Source of the DNA: Eledone cirrhosa
Taxonomy: Eukaryota
Length of the DNA: 64,000 nucleotides
Direction: 5' to 3'
NCBI GenBank assembly: GCA_964016885.1
Contig: CAXHJY010001261.1
Coordinates: forward strand, 24,988-88,987
This document shows, piece by piece, positions 50,101 to 64,000 of the stretch. The position numbers and the translations under genes are program-made. How positions within the stretch are numbered: position 1 is the stretch's first letter; the number at the start of each line of letters is the position of its first letter. Below the pieces are notes generated by a model. It made no database searches and was not told where the DNA came from. It saw only the letters and a list, made by a program, of their open reading frames with translations.

Positions 50101-50409
50101 AAGTAGAAGGAGGAGGAAGGAAGGAAAACGAGGAAACTGAAATGAGAGGTGGAGAAAAAAATATATCGTCTGTTGACTATTCTTGCTAAACTTGAAAATA
50201 GAAATGAAGAGACAAAAAAAGAAGAAAAAACAAAGAGCAATGGAAACGAAAAAAATGATAGGTGGATAAACTGGGTAGGTTGTATTGGAGTGAAAGAGAG
50301 AGAAGAGAGAAAGTGAGACGGAAAACTGGGAGAAAGAAAGACGAGAACCGGTGAGGAAGGATGAGAAAGAGCAGGGACAGACTGAAAAGAAAATGAAAAC
50401 AGAAACACA

Positions 50410-50578
50410 GAGAAGGTGATAGAAAGAGAAGAGAGCGAAATTGATAGAAAGAGAGGAAGAGAAAAAAGGGAATAGAAAGAGAGGAAGAGAAAATGGGTAT
50501 AGAAAGAGAGGAAGAGAAAAATGGGTATAGAAAGAGAGGAAGAGAAAAATGGGAATAGAAAGAGAGGAAGAGAGAGGC
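50410..50578. repeat. Purine-rich 29-30-bp tandem repeat (TAGAAAGAGAGGAAGAGAAAAATGGG..)
   Basis: Four to five units visible. Confidence 0.8.
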
Positions 50579-51229
50579 AGGATATGTCGTTTACTGTTTT
50601 GCCATAACCACACTGAACAGCTTACAATGGTAGAAGCAAACGAAAACTCAACGAAACCGAAAAGCAAACTATCGACTTTGGCAGCAGTATCGCGACAAGA
50701 CAGAGGAAATGTAGGCTAATGGGATGTAAATAGAAAATGGTTGGTGCAACGGGTATGGTAGGGTGACGGCGGTAAAGTAGCAGAGAATCTTCATTCGACA
50801 ACTCTCTTACTCCTGATTAATAGAAGCACTTATAGCACATAGATTATTATCAACCTCCATTGCCAGATAAGCTAGTGTTAACATAATATTTAATACAGTG
50901 GGCATTAAAACTTAAATTTTAACAAATAACTGTGCGGTGAGGAAGAAGCAACATTGATCTATGACTTATATTATTTACAATGTTTCGACAATTACAAAAG
51001 AGAACTCCGAGCAAGTTTCAGTTTTATTCTGACGACCCCAGCAAAGCTTAGCCTTCGCCGTACTTGTCGAAAGTATCACAAAGAAAATGTACAAAATTCT
51101 AGATTAATTCGCATAGGCAACACCATCTGCATGAAAAAAATAAAAAAATAAACACGGCTTCGAACATCACGGTTTATATAAATTGACACCAAATCCCTAA
51201 AATTATAAACCGAGAGAAAAATCCCGAAA

Positions 51230-51345
51230 AACACAATATGCAGAGGCAGCAGAGAGCGACTTAAAATCATGTCTAAACAGCGAATCAGCAATATATGCGG
51301 CGGCAGCTGTTGTGGCGTATTGCGGCCATTTTAATCTTCATAAAA
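51230..51345 (-). promoter_or_regulatory. Candidate promoter / first exon region of the PRAS40-like gene
   Basis: Locally CpG-richer, non-repeat sequence with a YY1-like AAAATGGCCGC on the minus strand, upstream of the first coding exon, which has a splice acceptor. Inference only. Confidence 0.35.
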
Positions 51346-51839
51346 TGAGACGGTCTAACCTTAATTAGCAATGTGAATATGTAGTTTAACCTCATTAAAT
51401 ATAGATAAAAGAAAGACCAAAAGAAAACCTATTGAAAAGGGAAGTGCTAGCTCTAGGTGGTAATTTGGAAATTCAAAAAGTACAGGAACACAGAGACAGC
51501 AAAGAAGGCGAAACATGGTGAGACATGAGGAGGAATGAAGCAACAGTGTAAACAATTGTAAGAATCATAGATGATTATAAGAAATATAGTAAAGCTGTAT
51601 AATCTTCAGGTACAAAAACAAGGAGTAGAAGCAGTACCGTAGCTATTACAATGAAAGTTTTAAGCATCTCGTCTGTAATTGAAGAAAACTTAAGGAAAGA
51701 AAACGAATTTCTAAGAACTAAAGGAACTTTTACTGCTAGTTTTGGATGGTGTGACATTCAAAACTCAAAAAGGAATTCACGATGTTCATATAAAAAAGGC
51801 GACAGTAGGTGTCGACAAAAATGCATTAAACTAATTATA

Positions 51840-53520
51840 CTCCTTTGTCGGCTTGAGAGGGTCGTGGGGTAGAGTCTTCAAATACTCCTTCCAGCCGGTC
51901 CTGTCAGAAGCTGAGGTCTCCAATTGATTCGACTGGATTCCCAAGCGAGACCAGTCCAGTTCATGACTGTTATCCAACCATCTTGCCCCTGGGTCACCTG
52001 TCGGTTGGCTTTGCCCATAAAATCTGTCCAGCGATTCTTTCCTGAGATATTTTAACTATATGTCCCTAATATCGGAGCTGTGATCTTTCAATTTGGAGGA
52101 GTGACTCTACAAGGAACGACTCTGCTCTCAGAGCTACGTACTCTATTGAGTAACGTTACTCTAAAAGCCCTTCGGAGGATTCCCATTTCGGCCACTTGTA
52201 ATGGCGATCGAATTCTTGACCATAGGTAAAGGTTGGCACGAATACTGAATTGAAGATAGCGAATTTGGCTTTTACACCTGCTTCCCTTCTGGTGACTGAA
52301 TATTGATGCTGGTACATTACTGCACCAGCTTCTACAATTTTTCCTCCTAATTCAGCTTCGTGCCTTCCATCATCGTGAACGCGGCCCCCAGATACTTGAA
52401 TTTCTTCAGCTGTTTCAGTGAAACTCTACTCACATGTAGAGTGCACTGTGAGAGGACGAATGCCTCAGTTTTCGCAGCACTGATTTTCATTCCTGCCGAG
52501 CAGCACACGGCAGTAAACCTACCAATTGCATGTCGGAGATCACATTCTGGCGAGTTAAGTAGTACCATATCGCCTGTAAATACCAGCCGACTGATTCTAC
52601 AGCCGTCAGTCTTGATAGCACTTCTAACTCGGCTGCGCATGTCAATCCTGCCCGTGAAGATTATGAACACGAGAGGTGACAGCACGAACCCTTGGTGGAG
52701 TCCGACACCCACATTGAATGGTTTTGAATTAGCAACAATTATCTGAACACAAATATTAGGGCATTCATATAGAGACATCAGGGCAACAAAAAGCTGTTTA
52801 TCGATCCCACATTTCTGCAGAACTTTCCACAACAGTACCCCTGGAACGTCTTTTCGATGTCTATATTCACACGATTTCTCAAAGGTCGGTCATAGTGTGA
52901 ATATTTGGTCGGCTGTGCTGCGTCCAAGACGAAAAGTACACCATTCGTTAACTAGCTTGGATTAGACAATATCCCTACATCTCTTTGTCAGACACTTAGT
53001 ATAGACTTTACAGGGGAGGCTTAACAAGGAGACCTTATAATTTGAACAATTTCTCTTTTTGAAAATTAGGGCTATCACTCCCGGGTGCCATTGTCTATAA
53101 GCCTTTTCAGAGATCCAGGCCACCCGGCACACACGAGTTAGCCAGAGAATACCTTCTCTAATTAAGGCTTTTAATATCTCGGGCCGAATTCCAGCGGTGT
53201 TGCCGCATTTGAGCTTTTTAATTGCTCTTGTGAATCTCAACCACCAAGAGGTTAGTCATTGCTCCCAGATGTCCTTCGCGTACACCAAATGCTGTTATGA
53301 CCGGGTTTAGGAGAACAGCAAAGTATTCTCCCCACCTCGCGCAAAGGACAATGCTGTATGGATGCCTTTTCTGTTTTCAACAATATTGTGGTCTCATTCG
53401 CGCCTGTCACCAATTTGGTACTTTTCTCAGACCCGCGAAGATTAGGCTTTCTTATAGGCGGCCTTTACTCCCCACGTCGTAGCTACATCACCGAATTGTG
53501 AGTTTTCTTAGGAACTTACA
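51840..53520 (-). pseudogene. Decayed RTE LINE (RT region)
   Basis: ORF remnants GVGLHQGFVLSPLVF, FKYLG, GIRPEILKA, CSNYK; multiple frameshifts. Confidence 0.8.
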
Positions 53521-54409
53521 GTACCACAGATTGCTCCATGTTCCATAATAGTTTACTGCTGTTGGACCGGGATTGCTTATTTGTCCGGCATATATATCAA
53601 CTAACCATCATATTTGGTGACCGTATTGCTATCACCCATCTGCAACACGTTCTCAAGCAGAACAGCTCGATGTTTAAAAAAAAATAAAGAACAAACATAA
53701 ATATATTCAATGTGGATGAAATAAACTTATTTTGACAAAGAATAAAGGTTTTAAAAAAGTAAATAGCCTTTTACGCCTGATAGAGTCGTGGGGGCACCGT
53801 CCTGACACATGGCGTGAATTGGGCATTTAAAACCCGGTGGAACCAATCCTTCTTTAGTTCAGAACAGCGAAAAGATCGACTCCAGTACTTGACTGGTACT
53901 TTATCGACCTTGAAAGGGAATGTTGATACTGGCAGGATTTGAATTCAGAATGCAACGAGCTAGAACAAAAACCGAGGCATTTTAAACCTGATATCCAAAC
54001 GACTCGGTCAATTCTTGTCTGACAAAGAATACATTCGAAAAACATTTTTGCCGAAGAAAGAAAAATCCAGGAATGTATTGGGCAGAAATGCTGAAGGCTA
54101 TTTTGAATTGAAACCCATCAGTACGCATCACTCAAAGAATCAAAATGTTCTTAAACTCTATAAGCAACATTTTTTAACAAGAAAGCACAAGTCACTAAAG
54201 CATCTTTTTGCCAGGCAATAGAAAAGTTTTAAACAATGTCAGTGGTCATCCCATTGACTTGTGTAAAATGTGAAAGTCGTATTTTTATCCAAACACATTT
54301 CTTTCGCAGTCTATAGACCAAAGCATAATTGCTGCTTTTAAGAACATTTGCTCTAGCAACTGAAGTTACAAAGGGAAAGAATGCAATTTTGTTGGTAGAA
54401 TTTTGAAAA

Positions 54410-54790
54410 CAATCCTCCCGTTCCGTGAAGGTAGGCCCCTCATCTTGGATGCCACATGTTGTGACACAAGCTCTAGCGGCAACCTGGTGCGTTCGGCTAC
54501 TAGCCCAGGCTTCGCTGCTTGTCAGGCTGAAGAGTGCAAATTGTCAAAGTATCGGCAGCGCTTTGATAGGTTTGTGGTTGAGCCTCTGGAAGTGGAGACT
54601 TCCGGCGTTCTTAACCCCAGGACCACATCACTGCTCACTGCTATCGGAAAGGAGATGGCTACCCGCAAATGCAAGCCCTGCGCGATGGAGTGGTTGTTCC
54701 AGTGTGTCTCCCTGCCATCCTCCGAGGCAATGACTTCTCTATCCTGTCGGCCGGGACCATGAGGCGGACTAATCCTTAAGATATGCTGTT
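54410..54790 (+). mobile_element. 3' fragment of a CRE-like non-LTR element (restriction-like endonuclease)
   Basis: PFREGRPLILDATCCDT...AACQAEECKLSKY...EPLEVETSG fits the PW..G..L.WD.TC.DT / AA..AE..K..KY / P.AVET.G pattern. Confidence 0.7.
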
Positions 54791-55416
54791 TGTATACTTT
54801 GTTTTATTTTATTAGTTGACCAACACATTTATAAAAGAAACCATCAATCATGGAAAAAAGTGACAAGAAGCAACATGAGAGCCGTTTGGAAATAGTTTAC
54901 TCCTTTGTACTATTAATTTCGCCGACTTTTACAGGCAAGAAATTACTAAAGAAATACTCGTAGCTAACATTGGAATGGTTTCTCTGAATCAGTTTAACTG
55001 GTTACATAAGTAAAGGTATTTACGATGTCAAGCTTTTCATCATTTAGCTAGATATAGGAAGAAAATACTGAATAAAAGACAGCACAATGGCGATTGCCAT
55101 TTTTATCGCTCGTATGTAATCCAGTGAGTTTCACATTGACAGACACAATCAATTTTTTAAAAAAATTAAAAAAAAACAGCATGATCTATGTGAATACCAT
55201 TGGTCTATGAAAGAGCTTCTACGTATTTGTTCGACATACTATTAAACCTTACAATGCTATTTTTATTTAAAATAAGGCCATTGAATAATACAACATTGTT
55301 TGAAGAAGAAGAAAAACGGTCGAGAAGGTCACAGTTGAAACGCCACTATTGATAGAGTCTGCTGGGTCAGGCTGATATCCGAGACTAAACACAACCAACG
55401 ATATATCATTAAGAAG

Positions 55417-55600
55417 GGCGGTGAATTGGCAGTATCGGTAGAGGGTTGGACGCCATGCTTTCTAGCATAGTTACGTCCCTTTACAGTCTGAGTTCAAATC
55501 CCACCGAGGTTAACTTTGCTTTTCATCCTTACGGGGTCGATAAAATAAAGTACCAGTAATGTACTGGGTATTTGCTGGCCTTGTGCCTAAAGTAGAAACA
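55417..55600 (+). mobile_element. SINE family 3
   Basis: Full head and body, B box GAGTTCAAATCCC. Confidence 0.8.
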
Positions 55601-56164
55601 ATTAAAAAAACTTGGTATACCGTACTTTCTGATTGTTTATGGGATTTGTCCTCGTCTAATCAACACTTTCTTTCACTCATTAAACTACATCTTTTTCTCA
55701 CATCCATTCTCTAACTCTCTATCCTTCTCTGGAATTAATCTGCTGTAATAAGACCTGCAGAGAGATAGGGGCCGACAGGTTTTTTAATGTCGTAGAAACG
55801 CGGTATGTCAATACGGTTCCCGTACGGCTACCTCAGGAGTTACGGAACCATGCATGCAGGCAACACTCGCTACAAATGAATGCAGCCTTGTCTAACGCCA
55901 GTGTTGATACAAAACTTACGTTTCCAGTGTATATTTTGGTAAGGATTGCATTAAAAAAAAATCCTACCTACTAAAATTGTCAAATACTTTACAAAGGAGT
56001 ATAACTGTCGTGTGCAAACAGCGTGCTGCCTGTTTGGGTTTCTGATTGGCACGCTTTATGAAAAGAAATATATATATTTATATATAGAAGAAGCTGCCTG
56101 ATGAGATCATGGCATTGGTTTGGCGGAATCGTGTGGCCACTGTCGTCATTGAAATATATATTTT

Positions 56165-56227
<63 letters not shown>

Positions 56228-56387
56228 GTATATATATATATATGTATATATGTATGTCTTGGATTTGTTATTGCTTGTGTGATATGTAATCAACCTTTAT
56301 GCTCTGATGAGTCCCACTTATAGTGCGGATGAAACAATGTTACCAAGTAAAGATATGCATATGCTATAGGCGTTCTTTGTTATTGAT

Positions 56388-57340
<953 letters not shown>

Positions 57341-57694
57341 ACCCCCCCCCCCCTCCCTAAATAAAATATTTTTTCCTCGTACACATTTTTCCCTTCGTTA
57401 ATTTTCAAATTCTTTTAATTTATACATTATCTTCCAACGGTTTTCAACCTCTCTATGTAAAACAATATATCTTCTCTCAGTTATAAAAACTATCTCTTTC
57501 TCTCTATCACCCATCTCTCCCTCTCCACCTTCACTCTCATCTCCTCCCCCTTTTCATCCTTTCTACCCCCACCCCCCTCTCTAAATAAAATATTTTTCCC
57601 AATATCACACATCAATCTAAAACCACTTTTCATATGTTGATTTAAAACTGCACTATCCACAAGTGTTTTTTAGCCTTCATATCATGTTCTCCTG

Positions 57695-57761
57695 TTTTAT
57701 CTGATGAAAACACAAATATTATTGCATGATGATGTTTGTTTTTGAAATGCGCATAATAAAA
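57695..57761 (+). ncRNA. Minimal type I hammerhead ribozyme
   Basis: TTTTAT-CTGATGA-[long stem II]-GAAAT-GCGC-ATA^ATAAAA; palindromic stem III ATGCGCAT; predicted cleavage after 57755. Confidence 0.8.
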
Positions 57762-57885
57762 TACATGGAACTCCTTTAACCATCTTTTGATCTTATATTA
57801 TGTATACTCCAGTCCTACAAACTGTAGAGTGCTTCTTATCCGATATCTGCATTGCTTTATTGTACTACAATAAAACTCACCTCCT

Positions 57886-58177
<292 letters not shown>

Positions 58178-58366
58178 AGATAAATCTACCAAGAGTTTAC
58201 GGTAGTGTCCAATCCGTATGAAGAACTCAATGTATTCCGGATATCATGGAAAGAAGAGATGTAATGAAAAACCACTTTCGGTGAAAGATAAACGGTATAC
58301 AGAGTCAAGATAAAATATTAAACAAATAATGAATAAACAATTCCTTATATTAAACAAAAAAAGTTC

Positions 58367-58517
58367 ATTATTTAACGATCGTTTCTAGGATATATATGTG
58401 TGTTAGAATTGGTATGCATATTCAACAGATCTATGTACAAAATTATACAAAATTATACAAATTATCAAGATTAAATATACATACCAAGCACATATATACG
58501 CCGTCTTCAGAAATAAT
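58367..58517 (-). ncRNA. Mirror-copy hammerhead
   Basis: Reverse-complement arm of the same palindrome. Confidence 0.72.
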
Positions 58518-58525
58518 GTTATATA

Positions 58526-58676
58526 ATTATTTCTGAAGACGGCGTATATATGTGTTTGGTATGTATATTTAATCTTGATAATTTGTATAATTTTGTATAA
58601 TTTTGTACATAGATCTGTTGAATATGCATACCAATTCTAACACACATATATATCCTAGAAACGATCGTTAAATAAT
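58526..58676 (+). ncRNA. Minimal type I hammerhead with very long stem II
   Basis: ATTATTT-CTGAAGA-[about 118 nt]-GAAAC-GATC-GTT^AAATAAT; 7-bp stem I, palindromic ACGATCGT. Confidence 0.75.
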
Positions 58677-58724
58677 GAACTTTTTTTGTTTAATATAAGG
58701 AATTGTTTATTCATTATTTGTTTA

Positions 58725-60075
<1,351 letters not shown>

Positions 60076-60197
60076 AAAAAAAAATGGTGCGCTGTGTTGT
60101 TGCATATATGTATTAAAAAATGAAGGATTAGAAATAGAAGTTAGGAATATCCATCATCAGTTGTCTACTAGGCATCATAGGTATTTCTTCGCATTAC

Positions 60198-60320
60198 AGA
60201 AATAGCCGTCGAAACGGCTTGAGCTCTGCCGTCGGGGTCATACTTTTTCTTATTTCGCACTCTACTACCCTAAGTATTGAGTACTCTGGTGTGTTATGGT
60301 CCATTACCACAATTCCTTTG

Positions 60321-60356
<36 letters not shown>

Positions 60357-60488
60357 CAAAGGAATTGTGGTAAGAAACCAGATGGACCATAACGCACCAG
60401 CGTACTCAATACTTAGGGTAGTAGAGTGGGAAATAGGAAAAAGTATGAGCCCGACGGTAGAGCTCAAGCCGTTTCGACGGCTATATCT
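60198..60488. repeat. Inverted repeat (arms about 125-135 bp) centred on a (TA)n run
   Basis: Arms are reverse complements with several substitutions and one indel. Confidence 0.88.
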
Positions 60489-60969
60489 GGACTAAATTAG
60501 AATTTTTAGCCTGGGGAATAAATAGCCGAACTTTTCAAGGGAGTACTTCCTTATATGGGAAAATTGTAGTTGTCAAGAGGATTGGTTAAAATTTGTTGTA
60601 AACACAAATAAGTCTTTCATGGCATTTGGTGGGAGGGAGGGGTGGCTGAACTTGCCTGTAGAACACACACACCTCTTCCAACATCAATTCAAAGGACTCA
60701 AACTGACAAATTTTGCCTGACTTTCCTGATGATTTCTTACGAATGAAACGGTTCTAGTCCTGTAGAAGTAATTTCTATAATAAAATTAATATACACTACT
60801 AACGTATTGAGTACCTCTTTTAACTGATCACCTTCCGTGAGTGCGTGCGTTTAAAATATAGAAGTACTTAAAATATTCAAACATTAACTGAATGGGCATT
60901 CAATACTTGTAGATAGGGTCTGGATGTTATTTTGAGTAAAAACGTGGCCTCGAAGTTTCCCCTTTGTTG

Positions 60970-61018
<49 letters not shown>

Positions 61019-61455
61019 TGTAGTAAACAATATAAGGCAAAAATAATTGCCTTATGTTGTTTATTACATAACTATTAAGCTCTGTAACCTACATAGAGCC
61101 CTCTTTTTTCCTGGACGTTTCCGACGGAATTACTTCATTTACACATATATATATATTATATTGTACACACAGACACACTGTGTGTATAAAGTATACAGTC
61201 CCGAATAGTAGACAAGTGAAAGAAACATTTTCGGGGAGGGGGTTAACAAAAGAGAGATAGTGTCAGAGAAAAACAATACAAAACGATTAAATAATGATAT
61301 TCCGAAAGAGAGAGAAAGGAACGGGGGGAATAATTAAGGAGGAATGGGCGGGACTAAATGAAAATAAGCGGAATCGCTGATTGGTGGAGAAATGGAACAC
61401 CATTACTTTCGTCACTTATTACCAACCAGCATTAGCAGCACTAGTACTAAGGAAA

Positions 61456-61500
<45 letters not shown>

Positions 61501-62037
61501 TATATATATATGATACATACATACAGAGAGGGATTACATCATCAGCATGCTTCAATGGATGTAGCGAGAGAATGAAGGTTTCCGAAACCCTATCATCCCA
61601 ATTGAGACAATTTCAGTATGTAAATACAAAATGGAAAATGTGATCAAAACTGTACAACATACATGCCAATATTGTATACATACTGGCTACTCCACACAGA
61701 TACGAGATAACAGCGGCTAGCGATGATAACGATGATAACCGGCGCAACAACAGAAACAGGAAGATAAACGAAAGACCTTGGCCGAAAAAAAATACTATGT
61801 AACATGAGGCGAAGAATGAGGAAGATTACTTGTGGTGTTGATAGAGTTTACAGTAAGAATATATTAACAGTAGCAATAAAGTATACAACCCATCATTTAT
61901 TACAGAGCAACTGAGGGGGGTTGTGATACTACGCAAACTTACGGTAACGGAGGGGAGAGCAGTTATTCAAATAAGATATTTTAAAGAGGAAACTATATAT
62001 ATACCTTTTCTACGGAAATGCATAACACACACACATT

Positions 62038-62373
62038 TGGATTGGCAGTATCAGTAGAGGGCCGGACACTATGCTTTGACGCATAGAGTTACGCCCCTTG
62101 CCATTCTGAGTTCAAATCGCGCCGAGGTTAACTTTACCTTTCATCCTTACGAAGTCGTACTGGGTAATTGCTAGAGTTGTGCCAAAATTAGAAACAATTA
62201 TTTAGTATCGATAGAGGGTCGGACGCCATGCTTTGACTTATAGTTACGACCCTTGCCATTCTGAGTTCAAATCCTGCCGAGGTTAACTTTGTCTTTCATC
62301 CTTACGGGGTCGATAAAATAAAGTACCAGTAATGCACTGGGTTTTTGCTGGCCTTGTGACAAAAGTAGAAACA

Positions 62374-62375
<2 letters not shown>
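62038..62375 (+). mobile_element. Two tandem SINE family 3 copies
   Basis: Same body as 55417-55600. Confidence 0.8.
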
Positions 62376-62434
<59 letters not shown>

Positions 62435-62527
62435 TTATTTATAACTAATATAAAGCACTCAACAAATCATTGGAGTAAAAATACGATATATTAACAAAAG
62501 GAAATTATATTTATAAAACCATATTTA

Positions 62528-62588
62528 TTTCATTATACATATTTCAAGGACACCAAGTTAAATTATGGTGTTCTTTCATCAGATAAAA
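62528..62588 (-). ncRNA. Minimal type I hammerhead ribozyme
   Basis: Minus strand: TTTTAT-CTGATGA-AAGAACACCA-taatttaact-TGGTGTCCTT-GAAAT-ATGT-ATA^ATGAAA; same architecture as 57695. Confidence 0.78.
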
Positions 62589-62660
62589 TATAATGTAGAG
62601 CAGTTTTATAAATAAATATTGACACTTAAAGAATGCGACCATTACTGTTGGAAGCTCCCG

Positions 62661-64000
62661 TATGTATATATATATAATATATATATAATATATATATAAT
62701 ATAATATAATATAATATAAAATAATATATATAATTTCGTTTCTGAATTTGTTTAGCAAGATTCTTTATCTGAATATATATAATATATATAATATAAATAA
62801 TATATATAATATAATATATATATAATATAATATATATATAATATAATATATATAATATAATATATATAATATAATATAATATAATATATATATAATATAA
62901 TATATATATAATATAATATATATATAATATAATATATATATAATATAATATATATATAATATAATATATATATAATATAATATATATATAATATAATATA
63001 TATATAATATAATATATATAATATAATATATATAATATATATAATATAATATATATAATATAATATAATATAATATAATATAATATATATAATATATATA
63101 TATTATATATATATATAATATATATAATATAATATATATAATATATATATATTATATATATATATAATAATATATATTATATAATATATATAATATATAT
63201 ATATAATATATATATATAATATATATAATATATATATATATATAATATATATATATAATATATATAATATATATATATATAATATATATATAATATATAT
63301 ATATAATATATATATATAATATATATCATATATATATATATATAATATATATATATAATATATATAATATATATATATATATAATATATATATAATATAT
63401 ATATATAATATATATATATATAATATATATATAATATATATATATAATATATATATATAATATATATAATATATATATATAATATATATATATAATATAT
63501 ATAATATATATATATATAATATATATAATATATATATAATATATATATATAATATATATAATATATATATAATATATATATATAATATATATATATAATA
63601 TATATATATAATATATATATATAATATATATATATAATATATATATATAATATATATATATAATATATATATATAATATATATATATAATATATATATAT
63701 AATATATATATATAATATATATATATAATATATATATAATATATAAATATATAATATATATATAATATATATATATATAATATATATATAATATATATAA
63801 TATATATATAATATATATATATATAATATATATAATATATATATAATATATATATAATATATATATACTATATATATATATAATATATATATATATAATA
63901 TATATATATATAATATATATATATAATATATATAATATATATATATAATATATATATAATATATATATATAATATATATATAATATATATATATAATATA
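62661..64000. repeat. Almost pure A/T satellite (TA/TAA mixture) to the window end
   Basis: Directly visible. Confidence 0.95.

Larger units (their letters stand above)
58310..58733. repeat. Near-perfect palindrome (arms about 208 bp, 8-nt spacer) carrying a hammerhead on each strand
   Basis: Arms are reverse complements; hammerheads at 58526-58676(+) and 58367-58517(-). Confidence 0.9.

Noticed and set aside
49741-50667. 308-aa Phe/Ser/Leu-rich ORF
   Set aside because: Antisense of a purine-rich low-complexity tract; no domain signal.
60120-60780. CTGATGA near 60154-60160(-) and CTGATGA..GAAAC at 60726(+)
   Set aside because: The first lacks GAAA; the second lacks stem I and III pairing. 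Not counted as ribozymes.

Overview
AT-rich, microsatellite-laden eukaryotic (animal) genomic DNA; the repeat content (tRNA-derived SINEs with RTE-type (GAT)n tails, abundant RTE LINEs, long (TA)n/(TACA)n arrays) suggests a cephalopod such as Octopus, which is an inference. One host gene is reconstructed by hand on the minus strand: a multi-exon PRAS40/AKT1S1 (Drosophila Lobe-like) gene with 7 phase-consistent exons plus one candidate exon between 2324 and 32795, continuing left toward or past the window edge. The rest is a mobile-element landscape: a DD37D-like Tc1/mariner relic; a 15.4-kb stack of nested retroelements bounded by hAT TIRs and a perfect 8-bp TSD (9615-24973); a near full-length CR1-clade LINE whose ORF1/ORF2 junction carries an in-phase G_GGA_AAC -1 frameshift heptamer; an intact 1039-aa RTE LINE with a PHD-like finger inside its RT and a partner SINE sharing its 3' end. 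The most striking unannotated signal is a set of type I hammerhead ribozymes (about 7 well formed, 3 decayed) in short, mostly unrelated, non-coding cassettes that sit in (TA)n tracts and show terminal redundancy, tandem units or fold-back palindromes, as expected for retrozyme / Penelope-pLTR-like elements. Most ORFs in the supplied track are microsatellite or antisense artefacts.
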